A stretch of 64,000 nt of DNA, from contig QPGO01000075.1 in the NCBI GenBank assembly GCA_008632985.1, forward strand, positions 126,517 to 190,516, read 5' to 3'. The translations under genes were made by a program, and so were the position numbers. Shown here one piece after another: positions 1 through 13,165 of this stretch (position 1 is its first letter; every line of letters starts with the position of its first letter). The notes beneath the pieces are model-generated. The model saw only the letters and a list, made by a program, of their open reading frames with translations. It made no database searches and had not been told where the DNA came from. This DNA is from Psammoneis japonica (taxonomy: Eukaryota).

Positions 1-150
1 GCAAGGTACAAGATACAGAGGGCAAGGATGACGCCATTCCGCAGCCAAAGCGTAAACGAGGGAGACCGCGCAAGGTACAAGATACAGAGGGCAAGGATGA
101 CGCCATTGCGCAGCCAAAGTGTAAACAGGAGGCCGCGCAAGGTACAGAAT
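1..150 (+). repeat. 69-bp coding tandem repeat (KVQDTEGKDDAIPQPKRKRGRPR unit)
   Basis: gcaaggtacaagatacagagggcaaggatgacgccatt occurs at 1 and 70, with a partial third copy at about 137. Confidence 0.85.
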
Positions 151-3100
151 GCAGAACAGCAGCAAAACCACCCGACGACGCAATTGACGGAGAAGCAGCA
201 TATGGATAATCAAGTACATAAGCATGAGATCCCGCACGGTCTCCGCGGAGCAGGCATTGGAAGCAGTAGAATCACCGACGAGCAAGAAGTCTGCTCAATA
301 TCAAAGTATCCTCGGGAAGGAATCGCCAATGCATCTGAATTGGGCGGGAGCAGCGCAAGATGCCAAACCAACTTTCGGAGCGCAACAAACGTCCAGATTG
401 TACATTATCTAGAAACGAGGCCGAAACGAGGAAGACCGCCAAAGAGTAAGGCTAATGAGACCGAACAGCTTTGGACCGAGAAAAAGACAGCCGGAACCGC
501 TGGCTCGTCAGAAGAGGACGCGTCACGAAGGCCAGATGGTGCTGTCGATGTTGACCCGAAACCGAAACGAGGGCGGCCACCAAAGAATAAGAATATCGTA
601 CCAAAGAAGAGTGGTCCAGTGCAAGGTTCATCCGGAAGTACAGGCAAGCCACAGGAGGAATGGGCGCAGAATGCCGTTAGCAAGCCAAAGCGGGGACGAC
701 CTCGCAAGAAGGCAAATGCTGATTTAGAGACTGAAACAACCGTAGACCATGTGCATACGGAAGGAGCTGTTACCAAAGTTATCCCCAAGCTAAGAAGAGG
801 GCGGCCACCAAAGCAGAAATCCACGGAGGGATTTGCTCTGAAGGCAGCTACCGGACAAAGGTGCGAGCCAGATGAGAAACTCACACAAGTTAGCAAGCCA
901 ACGCGGGGACGGCCTCGCAAGGAGGCGAATGCTGGTTTAGAGACTGAAACAATCGTGGACGATGTGCATATGGAAGGAGCTGTTACCAAAGTTACCCCCA
1001 ATCCAAGAAGAGGGCGGCCACCAAAGCAAAAGTGCACAGATGGCATTGCTCTGCAGGCATCTACCGGACAAAGGTGCGAGCCGGATGAGAAACTCACACA
1101 AAATACCGCCAGCAAGCAGAAGATGGGAGCACCCCGCAAGAAGTTGAACGCTGATATCGATAGTAATGAAGTGGGAGACGAGGAGAAAACGCAACAGAAA
1201 GAAAGTGCGGACAATTCAATCCCGATGCGAAAGAGAGGCGTCCGCCAAAGGATAAGAATATCGCACCGACAGAGGGCGTTTCTTTGTGGGATGCTGCGGG
1301 ACGCACTTTCAAGTCAGTCACGAAAGGCGCCGAAACTGCGCAAAGCACCGCTTGCAAGCCAAAGAGAGGGCGACCAAGCAAGAAGTGGGGTGCTGATGCC
1401 GCCATCAGTTCACAACTTAAGCCGAGAAGAGGGCGGCCGCCAAAGAATAAGAGTGCCCCATTGAACGAGGGTCCTCCACTGCAAGAAGCTATGGTGTACT
1501 TGCCTTAAGTCAGAAGAGAAAGGTTCGCAAAGTAGCGGTGTCAAACGAAAGAGGGGGAGACCTCGCAAATCGCGAATAGTGTCGGGACTGCATCGATGCC
1601 ACACGATTGCACGTTCGAAGAGGATAGAACACAAATGGACGGAGCTATCGTCAGCCTACAACCGAATCCGAGACGAGGGCGACCACCCAAAAATAAGAAC
1701 GCTGCGCCGGGGACACAAGGAACGAAAACTACTGTCGATTTAAACTCTAAGCCGAGAAGAGGGCGACCACCAAAAAACAAAAACACGCGTGAAGGAGGAT
1801 TATTCTTTGCAGGATGCTACGAGACGTCCTTCTTGCACGCTAGTCGAGAAAGATTCGCAAAGCACCGGCAGCAAGCCTAAGAGGGGGCGACCTCGCAAGA
1901 AGGTAAATGTGATTGCCCAAGTTAAACCAGTGGGAGACGATTGCATACCAGTTATGAGATAGCGCAGAGGGAAGAATTCGCAGTCAATCTTAAGCCGAAA
2001 AGAGGGCGGCCACCAAAAAGAGGAAGTCACACCGCAGATTATCGCTCCAGTGCAGGAAGATACCGAACGCTCCTTCGATCTGCGGAGACTGAAATGGGGG
2101 TGTTTGTGAGTCAAATAGCATTGCAGCTGTGAAGGCTGCGATATGAAGAAAAAGCGAGGGTGGCCGCCTAAGAGTAAGAATATGCGTCAGCATCAGATGT
2201 ATCAGGACAGGAGGTTGGTGGGCGTATGTCCAAGCCTGGCGAGGGAGGCGCACAAAACAGGAAGCGAAAGATGGGACGACCGCGCAAGAGCGTGACTTCT
2301 AGCGACGAGAATAAGACGAACTCGGAGGTACACAAAGCACGGAATCTTTAGAAGAATTTCCAAAGCCGCGAAGGGGGCGACCGCCAAAGAAAAGTGTCCC
2401 TGTGCAGAACAGCACGTCGAAAGCTGCTACTAGAGATGATTCGAAAGGCAACGGGAAAAAGAAACCTAGGTGGAAACCTTGCGGCAATTGTCTTACCTGT
2501 CGCTTTGATTCTAATTGTGGAAGTTGCAACCGGTGTTTGAAAATGCATGAGTTTGGCGGGAAGGAAACGGAAAGCTGAGGTGTTTAAACCGAGTTTGCCT
2601 TACTCCCATTCCGCCGGAGGATTGGGTGCCTGATATGCCAGCAGCGGCTGCAGATACATCATCATAGACGGTAGTGAAGAGGATTCGGCACCTTTCAACC
2701 GGTCAAGTGGCGTAATTGGATTGAGTGAGCATCGTTCATCAGCACATACTGTTTTGCCGCGAGACTCCGATGTTGATAGTCTGGTAGATAGTGGTGTGTT
2801 CGATGATATGAGTGATGTCGAGGCTGAAGACGATGATGCTAGGTATTGGGAGAACAGGCAAGAAGAAAGACGGGTATTATTGAGCCGCAATGTCAACAAG
2901 ATCCCTACCACGTTCACGATCGCTCATGCGAGCAACACTACCGTCGTGGCACCATGTAGTTCTCCTGAACGCAGCTCTTGCGCTGTAGGTGAAAGGTCTG
3001 CAGTGCCATCAATTTGCTCAAGTGATGCGGTCGGCGGTTCTTTTCCTCCTACTACCGACGATAACGAAGAGCCGTCTAGAGACGACACGTGCAAACAGGT

Positions 3101-3266
3101 TGGATCACCACTTCGGGAAACCGGAGCGCAGATTGCTCGCCGACTTCATCAGCAAGAGCGAATGTGCCTCGCAGAACTAGCATCTGACGCATACTCCTCG
3201 TCATCTGAATCTAGTTACGATGATCTCAATGACGTTCCACCTCCACCCGTCGACTACATCATGTAA
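1..3266 (+). CDS. Multi-AT-hook chromatin protein with a CXXC-type zinc finger and acidic C-terminus (5'-truncated by window; several apparent frameshifts)
   Basis: About 16-18 (K/R)xxRGRP(P/R)K AT-hook motifs lie across ORFs 28..1464, 1284..1508, 1596..1880, 1941..2132 and neighbouring frames. At 2480-2598 the sequence reads CGNCLTCRFDSNCGSCNRCLKMHEFGGK-(1-nt shift)-NGKLRCLNRVC. An acidic/Ser-rich tail (ORF 2721..3266) ends at TAA 3266. Confidence 0.75.
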
Positions 3267-3636
3267 AATTACGGCTTCGCAGTGCTCTTCTTTTGCTCTC
3301 AACGCAGCTCCGGTTCCGAGTGGACCTATGGCTCCACCGCAACATGGTAACTGATAGCGCTCTCTGCTCTAGTAGAGTAGAGATAGCCCTGGAGTTGTTG
3401 TTGTACGGTTAAGGGGTCGACTTTAACCCTTACCGCAGAGGGTGGTACCGGTATGTACGTTCTCACGTGCGTAGAAATCTACGTGAGACAGTCCATCCGT
3501 CGCCGGTTCCGTCCAGTCGTCAACCGCACTCACTGGTTACCCGCGAGCGTCTACTCTCCAACTCTCTACTGTAGAGTGCGAAGTTATAGGTTTTTGCTAT
3601 GTGCTGCTGGGGTTATCAACTCCACCTCATAGTGAC

Positions 3637-5602
3637 ATGCTTTTCATGACAGTTTTTGTTTTGTGTTGTTTTGGCGCTGGTGCTCTGCTGCACAAGTCTC
3701 TGTGGGGCGGGTGTCACATTCTTCAGCAGACTAGTACGGTTACTGAAGCCGAATCAAGCAGACCGCGGAACCATGAGAATTTGCCAGGTCATCATAGGAC
3801 TCTCCATTTCTCGGTTCGCCATGCTGCGACCAATGCAGCTCAACTGAAGCAGCCGCATCACGCAACTACGAGTCGGAAGCTAATGGAAGAGCCATGTCGT
3901 CTACTTAAAAGGCATATTCGATATGGTACGCGTAAACACGGCCATCATGACGAAACCTGGGAATGCGAAGTATCAGATGGAGCGGAAATTGTTGAGATTG
4001 ATGGGTTGGATATCGATAGAATGGAAGAAGAATGATCAGCGGAGAAACTACGCTTTATGTGCCTGGTGCGTACATTCACGATGGGCGAATCGAGTTGCCA
4101 ACTCAAGCGGAGCCCGTGTTTGGTCGCATTGCTAGTCCAGTTCAAGGCATGAATCAAGAAGATGGCGCCGCGTCCATCAGGCGTGTGCTAGTCCTCCGAG
4201 TAGCTGCTCTTGACTCGTCTACGACAAGCGACGAGGAAACGGTTAGCGATCAGGTCTTTGGAACGAATGGCGACATGACGAATTTGAAAACCCAAATGAA
4301 TGCTTGTTCGCACAGTCAGATGCAGTTCTTGCCCACATTGAACGCGAACTTCACCAATGGCGTCTACACCGTTTCTATTGATGCGAACGTGACCGGGGCA
4401 TCACATGGGACCATCCGAAATCTTGCTACTAACGCCTTCCAAGGCGAATTCGGAGCTGCCGGTAGTCAATTCGACCACGTGATGCTCTGCATACCACCAG
4501 GGACTGACGGTAATTGGATTGGTACGTATTCAATGCCTTATTTCTCGCTCCAGATCATTTTTGAATGCTCGTGCCTTAAAGCTCACATCTTTGTTTGTGT
4601 GATTCTTCTCTCAATAGCTTATGCTTATGTCGATTACTGGCTTTCAGTGTACAACGACAAGTGGTGCAATTATATGTCACCCCAAATGCATGAGATTGGT
4701 GAGCATTATGTAGGCCTGGAGACTAGTGAAACCCTCGCTGACAATCTGCTAACAACACTTTTTTCTGTTTTCTCCGTGACAGGACACAACTTGGGCTTGG
4801 GACACTCTGGAGAGGGAATGAATAGCTATGCGGACCAAAGGTAAGAACATGCAGCGAGTCATTTGTTTCAGAAATACAGTTCGAGTCAGACTCTTACTGC
4901 TTATTTTTGTCGTTGTAGTGGCATGATGGGATACTCGTATGGACCAGCAATTGGCCAAGAATGTGCTTCAATGGCGCCAAAACGTATCGTTTAGGATGGT
5001 TTAGCGATCGTCACGTGACAGTGAATCCGTTGTTGACTCCGTCGTGGAACGGAGAACTTGTTGGAGGAACGGATTACCCAGATTCTCAAGGGAGGTATCT
5101 TATTGTCAAAGTGCTGGGAGATGCGACCAATGACTACTTTATCAACTTCAATCGAAGAATTCTCCCGAACAACGAGACCCGAGAGGGAGGCGACCAAATA
5201 ATGATTGCGTATGAAGAGCGGGATCAGCGGGCTCCGGATTCGTTGCTTGTTGCGAAGCTTTCAGAAGGAGATGATTATCGATTAGAGAACTTTGGAGGCA
5301 TGTCTTACCCGCTGATTGTCACGGTAAACAGAATCGAGCTTGATGGTGTAGGTCCCGGCTACGCTGACATTACAATTACTGGGGTTCCGGGCCCAACTCC
5401 ACCACCGACGCATTTGCCTACCCCGCAACCAACGCCTCTCCCTACCAAACGACCTACGCCAATGCCCACCCGTCGACCGACCTCCTTTCCTACGTATGCA
5501 CCGACTCCACCACCAACAGTTGCGATCACTAGCGAACCAACTGAAGCGCCAACTCTTGAACCTTTTGAGATGATTTGCACATGTCGAGAGACTGTCGTTT
5601 AA
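3637..5602 (+). CDS. Secreted gametolysin / peptidase M11-like zinc metalloprotease, paralogue 1 (3 introns; two 1-nt frameshifts)
   Basis: Hydrophobic N-terminus. GT-AG introns at 4522-4617, 4699-4782 and 4841-4918 give spliced WIAYAY...MHEIGHNLGLGHSGE...SGMMGYS (HExGHxxGxxH plus Met-turn). MCFNGAKTYRLGW and a Pro/Thr stalk follow. Frameshifts at about 4030 and 4955. Confidence 0.85.
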
Positions 5603-6870
5603 AAGGTACCTACAATAAATCACTTTATCAATGAGATTAGGGACACAGCGTTCACTCTTTTTAGCACTATGGAAAAGGATATACTGAATACCGTAGCTGC
5701 CAGTTGAACGATAGGTGGTGGACAGTAAACAGCACAAGTAATCGGCGTGCAAAGTCAGAAACCCTACAGTGTACTGTACTGCTATGGGGACATGCCGAAT
5801 GAATTTAGCCAATATCCAAAACTTGTGTAGGGCTATCGGCATCGTTGTTTTGGGTGTGGAGTAAGAGACTAATACTAATGAGAGTGGGTAGGGCCCTAGA
5901 GCTAGAGTGAATGTGGGCCCAACATTTTTCAAACATTGCGAGCTCGCTCGGATGGATCGGGCTCGAATATCTCGTGTCCGTCCTTCGTCAGGCAGCAGGT
6001 AGCGTAGGAAAAAAAACTCACCATGGCGGCGGAGCTTTTCTCAACGGTTTCGGTTGCTCAGGGGCTTGAGGCCGTACTGGACTCACAGGCATACTCTGGA
6101 GACGAAGGAAGCTCAATTGAGTACCGGGAAAACTTGAGAGGATGAAAATTCGACAATGTTCGGGAAGCATGACGCCTCTCCGAGCTGCCAAGATTGCAGA
6201 TCAAATTGGCTTCGTCCCGCTACTGTACACGCTATGAAGCTAGCAGCTCACAGGCGGCCAGTGGGAAGCAGCTCTTGTTCGTCCATCACCACCCCGATGA
6301 CAAGTGCTACTGCAGCCAAGAAACGGCGCACTTCTACAAAGAACGAGAATGAAATGATTGCGAAAGAAAGATGCGGGGAAGAGTGCCGGTGTAATGGCAA
6401 ACCTTACGAACCTGCCGGAAGACGCAACAGCTGCATTTGAATTGGGCGACATCAAGACGGGATTGCAAAGGGAGGCCTTGCTCTAAGAACTAGAGGTTCG
6501 TCCCCGTGACTCCTATGTTTCGCCACAGCCAGAGCAAATCTTCGCCACCTCCTACCTCCGTATCAGAATAACTCGTATGAACGTGGGCATGATACAGTGC
6601 TTCTATAACGGCACAGGCTTGATTACTCTGTGTTTCATACGCGTGGTCGGCTGTGTGAACGCGAGAAGGACAAACAGATCCATTTTCGTGTGTTTTCGCG
6701 TTTCTGTTGCGTTTTCGCTGCTGGCGTCACGTCGGTGCAAGTTTGCATCGGCTTTCTGACACCTTCTAGAAAACCAAAACGAGATGTCACCATTGAGGGG
6801 AAATTGTCGATTCAGCATCATACAAAAATCATAATCAAAAGCGCAGAGAACAGGACAAACCGTCGCAACA

Positions 6871-8644
6871 ATGAGAATCTCCTCTGCTCTTTCCTGGCTG
6901 TCGCTGGCTTGTCTCAACTTTGGATTGTCAACAGCTCTACCAAAGCTACGAAGGAAGCTCGAGCTGACAGAGCCCTGTACCCTACTTTTCCGGGAAACGT
7001 GGAGCAAAGATGCTTCTGGTCTAGACAATCGCCAAGAGACAATGGAATGCGAATTGCGAGACGGATCCAGAATCCTCGAAATCAACGGACTAGACATTGA
7101 ACAGTTTCTTCACGATGAAAATATTGTCAGCGGAGTAACTACAGTTTTCGCTCAGGATGCCTATATTGTCGAGGATCGCATAGAATTTCCTTCCAATGCC
7201 GAGCCTGTTCTTGGTCTCGCTCCAAATACCCTCCACAGCATGGACCCGGGCGAGGCAGTAATGGGCAACAGGACGGTTCTTGTTGTCCGCGTTGTCGCTG
7301 CAGATTCATCCACAACGCGAAATGAAGCTACGACAAGTGATCAAGTCTTTGGGACTAGGAACGATCCAGTGAATCTATCTTCGCAAATGAAAGCTTGCTC
7401 CCATGGCAAGCTGCAAATGATTCCAACTGAGGAATTCAAGGGTGGAGTATATTCTGTCGAGATATCCGACACAGTTAGTGGCACTCGCAATGCCATTATA
7501 CGGAATTCTGTTTCAGCTCAACTATTGGCTGATCTAGGAGACTTTGTAGCTCGGTTCGACCATGTTATGTACTGCCTACCGCCAGGAACCGACGGGGATT
7601 GGATTGGTAAGTTGGTGGCGGTTGTTGTGAAATCATACCAATCGGTACTATCTTCCTTTGCCATCTGAGAAAACTCACCAGAAACTCTGTTGTTCTCTTT
7701 TCTCTCGATTACCTCTAGCATACTCATATACGAATCACTGGCTTTCCATCTACAACGACCAAAGATGCAATCACATTTCGGTCCAGATGCACGAGATTGG
7801 TACGTCTTTGGATGGTTCGTGTCTCATGAGCTCTGCTCTTCACTATTTAACTGTAACAGTTGTACTCCTCTTTTGACAGGGCGTAACTTGGGCTTAGGGT
7901 ATTCCGGAAAGGGAAACAATATTATTGGAGACGTAAGGTACGAGGCTGCTGAGCGGCAAATCTGTTTGAAAGGCGTGGGCTGTTCGTGATGTCCTAAAAC
8001 ATATTCTTTCTTGACGTTATTGCAGTGGTATGATGGGCTTCTCTTACGGACTGAGCAACGCACCAGAAATGTGTTACAACGGACCTAAGACATGGACTCT
8101 CGGGTGGTTTCGCGATCGACATGCAACCGTCGACTTCTTCGCATCAGCATCGTGGAGCGGAAGGCTCTTTGGCGCATCTGACTATCAACATTCGTCAGGA
8201 AACTACATCGTCGTGAAAATAGTTGGAGACGCCACAAATGACTACTACGTTAACTTCAACAGAAAGTCCGCTCCAAATACCGGCACAAGAGACGGAGCAG
8301 ATCATGTTCTTGTGACGTATGTCCCCCGAGAAGGTCGGGCGCCACCCTCCACTCGTGTTGCTACATTAACTACAGCCGGACGCTTCGTTTTGGAAGACTT
8401 TGCTGGAAGCAATCATCCTTTGATTATTCATGTTGACCGAATCATTATCGGTAACGACATTGTTGGATTTGCCGACATCACGATCACGGGAATTCCCTCG
8501 TCTGCACCGACTCCCTTTTCTACTCTGGCTCCCACCGGCATGCCAACGACTATGATGGTGAACGGACCTACCAAATCACCGACAGGCAATACGTTTGAAG
8601 CGCAATGCACTTGCCGACGGGTTCAAGTCTCTCCTCCAAATTAA
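6871..8644 (+). CDS. Peptidase M11-like paralogue 2, probably catalytically inactive (3 introns)
   Basis: Signal-peptide-like start. Collinear with paralogue 1, with introns at about 7607-7718, 7800-7879 and 7938-8025. The spliced zinc motif reads HEIGRNLGLGYS. Confidence 0.85.
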
Positions 8645-9440
8645 AGCATATTTAAAGTATGAACGCAGTCTACTCTCCTTAACGTCTTTCCATATTTTCG
8701 TATGATGGTTTGGTGCGAACATAACAGAGCGTGTGCTAATCGAAAGTGCCTGTGACGACGCCATAGCAAATCAGCGGGCTCACCCCTAATTTCTGAGTTT
8801 GACAACCTAAGTTCGACACTCTGCAAGTTAAAAACGGACAATCTATGCATGGCATTATGAACCCTTTCGAATGATTATGATGAACACATGTTCAAAATCC
8901 ATTGTAGTGGCACTTTGACAGGTGTAGATCTCACAAGAAAACAGAAAGCCAGGGCTTGTGTTTCAACAAAGTCATGCACAATTGGGGTGACTAGTGATTT
9001 TTCCTGAAACATTGGAAAAAGCTCTTCTGTTATGTCTGCAGGGGCTCGTAATGTCTTGTTGTTGACAGTCATTTCGAAGCCGGTCCTACTACTCAACATT
9101 CTAGCTCTAGCTACAGTAGAGGTGCACTTTTTGGAGCGATGTGGCACAAGATACGGGATTAAGAGGACAGAGGGGCGGGCGCACTGCCTGGTGCGGGATG
9201 CCTCTCTACTGTCTCTACTCTCTAAGAGCTAGAGTAGAGAGTACTTCTAGTAGTCTAGCTAGCTAGAGAGAGTAGAGAGTAAAATTATTCTTTCACACTG
9301 ATAGCATGAGGTTATTTAAGGAAAATCGTTTTGAAATAATTTCACCGCCATAGCTCTAATGACGTTAGTTTCACTGTACTAGAAGTCTATGAAACATGAA
9401 TGCTTGGCTCGATGCATGTGCAATGGTAAACACATAAAAA

Positions 9441-11580
9441 TTACGCACTAGCAACACCAAAAGATCTGCTCTCTGCGATAGCCAATTTGCTGTGGAGTTG
9501 AATGACCAGCTTGAAGGACCCTATCTCGTCAAAATCAATTACGATGATAGTGACACCATCCTTCCCAGCCTCGGCACCACCGCCGAACGCTTGTGCCTTG
9601 ACTGCAGGAGTGTACGTGTAATCGGTCACCTCCGCATGAAACACAAGCACTTTGTCGGTAGTTTCTAATTGGTCGGATCGCTAAATGTCGCTCTGATAGA
9701 CTCGCCCTGACTGTATTGGGTCTTGTCGAGGAGGAATGTGGCAGATGATGTAGTTACCGTGAAAGGTAGGCTTTCGGCGAGAAATAGCTTCTTGTTGTTT
9801 GTTCTCATGATCAACTTGAACAATCCTGTCTCGACGAAATCAACCCGCACTTTCGACACACCATCCTTGCCAGCGCCCGCGCCGTTACAGAAAACATCTT
9901 TGACAGGCGGAGAGTATGTGTAATCGCTCACGTTCGAAGGAAACACCAGCACTTTGTCGGTAGTTTCTAGTTGAGCCGGATCACTAAATGTCGCTCGGAT
10001 AGACTCACCCTGAGTGTACTGGGTCTTGTCAACTACGAATGTAGCTGAAGACTCAACAGCTGTGAAAGGTAGGCTTTCAGCGAGAATAAGCTTCTTGTTG
10101 CTAGTCCGCATGATCAGCTTGAAGCTCCCAGTCTCGACGAAGTCAACACGCACTTTCGACACACCATCATTGCCAGCACCCGCACCTTTACAGAAAACAT
10201 CTTTGACAGAGGGAGTGTACGTGTAATCAGTCACATTTGAAGCAAACACCAGCACTTTGTCGGTAGTTTCTAGTTGGGTCGGATCACTAAATGTCGCTCG
10301 GACAGGCTCGCCCTGAGTGTATTGGAACTTGTCAAGGACGAATGTAGCGGAAGACTCCACTACCGCGAAAGGAAGGCTCTCGGAAAGAATAAGCTTCTTG
10401 TTGTCAGTTTGCATTATCAACTTGAAGGTCCCGGTCTCGACGAAATCAACACGCACTTTCGACACACCATCATTGCCAGCCCCATGACCTCCACAGAAAA
10501 CATCTTTCACAGCAGGAGTGCCCGAGTAATCCGTCACATTCGAGGGGAACACGAGCACCTTGTCGGTAAGGACCAGCTGACTTGGATTACTAAATGTCGC
10601 TGTGATTGTCTGGCCTTGAATATACTGTGTCTGAGAAGCACTGAGGACGAATGTAGCCGATGACTCCACTACAGTAAAGGGAAGGCTTTCAGCAAGAATA
10701 ACCTTCTTGTTGTCAATTTGCATTATCAACTTGAAGGTCCCGGTCTCGACGAAATCAACACGCACTTTCGACACACCATCATTGCCAGCCCCATGACCTC
10801 CACAGAAAACATCTTTCACAGCAGGAGTGCCCGAGTAATCCGTCACATTCGAAGGGAACACGAGCACCTTGTCGGTAAGGACCAGCTGACTTGGATTACT
10901 AAATGATGCTGTGATTGTCTGGCCTTGAATATACTGTGTCTGAGAAGCACTGAGGACGAATGTAGCAGATGACTCCGCTACAGTAAAGGGGAGGGTTTCA
11001 GCGAGAATAACCTTCTTGTTGTCAGTTTGCATTATCAACTTGAAGGTCCCGGTCTCGACAAAATCAACGCGCACTTTTGACACACCATCATTGCCAGCCC
11101 CATGACCTCCGCAGAAAACATCTTTCACAGCAGGAGTGCCCGAGTAATCCGTCACGTTCGAAGGGAACACGAGCACCTTGTCGGTAACGACCAGCTGACT
11201 TGGATCACTAAATGTTGCCCTGATCGTCTGGCCTTGAATATACTGTGTCTGAGAAGCACTGACGACGAATGTAGCAGAAGACTCCACAACAGTAAAGGGA
11301 AGGCTTTCCGCGAGAACCCGCTTCGTGTTACGGGTGCGTACAATAAGCTTGAATGTTCCAGTTTGGGTGAAATCAGCCCGAATAGATGTCACGCCATCCT
11401 TTCCGGCACCAGCTCCCCCGCCAAAGCTTTGCGACTTCGTTGGTGGCGCGTTTTCATAGTCAGCGACATCAAAAGGAAAGATGAGCACGTCGTCGAACCT
11501 GTCCAACTGACTTGGATCACTAAAGACCACCCTGATAAATTGACCATGAGCGTACTGGTCTTCATCAAGAGCAACAGTTG
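9441..11580 (-). repeat. Coding tandem repeat, 7 units of about 297-303 bp
   Basis: YxxG(Q/E)xIxAxFSxPxQL...DKVLVFxSxVxDY...GAGxDGVSKVRVDFVETGxFKL...ESLPF is repeated; units 2-4 are near-identical at DNA level. Confidence 0.9.
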
Positions 11581-13165
11581 CCGTGAAGCTAGGCGCAGGA
11601 GTTTGAACCGGCGTCTGACTCGACGTTGGAATCGGCGTCGAAGAGTCAACCTCGCAAGCATCAAGAAAGGCGTTTGTGCAACAATCACACAGGATCTCAT
11701 CGCAATCAATTCGATAGTCGGATGGACCACCTAGGGCGCACAGAATTGCTGGGATGCTTCCCGAGAGATCAGTCCCATACAGTAGCAAGACGCTCAAGCT
11801 TGTGAGCTGCGAGAATTCCGGAGGAATGGGTCCCTTCATGTCCTTGTTACCATCAAGGGATAACTCAGCCAGCTGAGTCATCGTTCCAATCTCCGAAGGA
11901 ATCGACCCGGTCAACTGGTTGTCAGAGATATCAACTTGAGCGAGATTTGGCAAGTTCGCCAGGTCTGAAGGTATCGTTCCGCTCAAGTTATTATCAGAAA
12001 GATCCAACACGGTGAGCTCTGTCAAAGCGAACAATTCGGTTGGCAAAGTACCATTTAGCCCACTGCTGACAAGAATGACTTCGGTAGTGTATTGGGTTTC
12101 ATACACAGTGTTGAAGATGTTAACTTCGGTGACCGTAGTGTTGGAACTCTTGGAAGAAAGCGGGATTGCAACGCCAACTGCAATTGCAATCACGACAAAG
12201 ACTATCGCAACTACTGCGTAAAGCTTTCGGTTCGTGGCTCTCTGTCCTTTTTTGGCCCCTTCCTTGGCGCCCTTCAAGGCAGCTTGATAGATAGCCTCTT
12301 CGTCTGGCGCTTCCACGCCGGTGACCATGGGTGGCTCAGTCACGGTCTCGGCAACCGCAAGAAATTCGCCTGAAGGTCCTGTTGTGTATCCGACCTGATT
12401 GGGATTATCTACGTCTACGGTGGTGACATTGTCCTCCACGTCAACATTCGATTGAGGACAGCTGCCAGGACCAGGTACACAGAGAGCTCCCGGCGATGAC
12501 GCAATCGTAAAATCTTGCTCCGTCTCCAAAACGTCGGGTGCTTTACCTGCTTTCTTCCCCCTCATATCGCTGGTCAAAAAGCCAGGATTTGGGTCGTGCA
12601 CTCCAAACGCCGCCGCCATCATTGTGCTGTCTTCTGTATTGATATTCCTACCGGCACTTGACGGCGCATTGTGCCTTCGGTGGCCGCGTCTGTGCACAGC
12701 CGGGGCGCCATCCTTCGACTTGCTACTGGATAAGTTTCTACTGTGATGGTGGGCTTCGATCCCGTCGTCGGGTCGATGAAACGCCCGAGGAGGCTCCAGC
12801 TCTGGCACGTGTTCCTGATGAATCGCCCCTCTACTACACGACTTCTCGATTTTGCTGAGGTGTTTGTGTCCGGCGCGAGCCTCTTCCATTGCTTCTCTGG
12901 CCCCGCTTGTTCGCTTCGTATGCGGATCAAAACCGCCATCAGGTATGTAAGTAGTAAGAGGTCTCGGCTCCGGCTCGTGCTTCTTGTGGCTCTTCGCCTT
13001 ACTCGAAGATTTGTACTTTTTCTTTTGATGGTGTTTTTGAACTGCCAATTTTTGCTCCTTTGGTTCTTTTTCCTTGCTGTTCCTATCCACATGCGGATCA
13101 ATCCCATCATCCGGTCTGTGAACTGTTAGAGTCTTTGCCTTCCGCTCGCTCTCTTTTGAATTCAT
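9441..13165 (-). CDS. Single-pass membrane LRR protein with 7 C-terminal tandem ~100-aa Ig/Fn3-like repeats (frameshift near 9665; possible extra 5' exon)
   Basis: ORF 9665..13165 has a charged N-terminal region, a TM helix (LYAVVAIVFVVIAIAVGVAIPL), plant-type LRRs (LxxLDLSDNxLSGTIP), a CDEILCDCCT cap and a P/T linker, then the repeats. The last repeat continues in ORF 9441..9650. Confidence 0.85.

Noticed and set aside
405..1214. 269-aa antisense ORF and similar antisense ORFs over the golgin, DRG2 and LRR genes
   Set aside because: They are shadows of repetitive or biased sense-strand coding sequence.
5940..6600. Short ORFs between M11 paralogues 1 and 2
   Set aside because: No recognisable motif or consistent exon structure, so a gene call is not supported.
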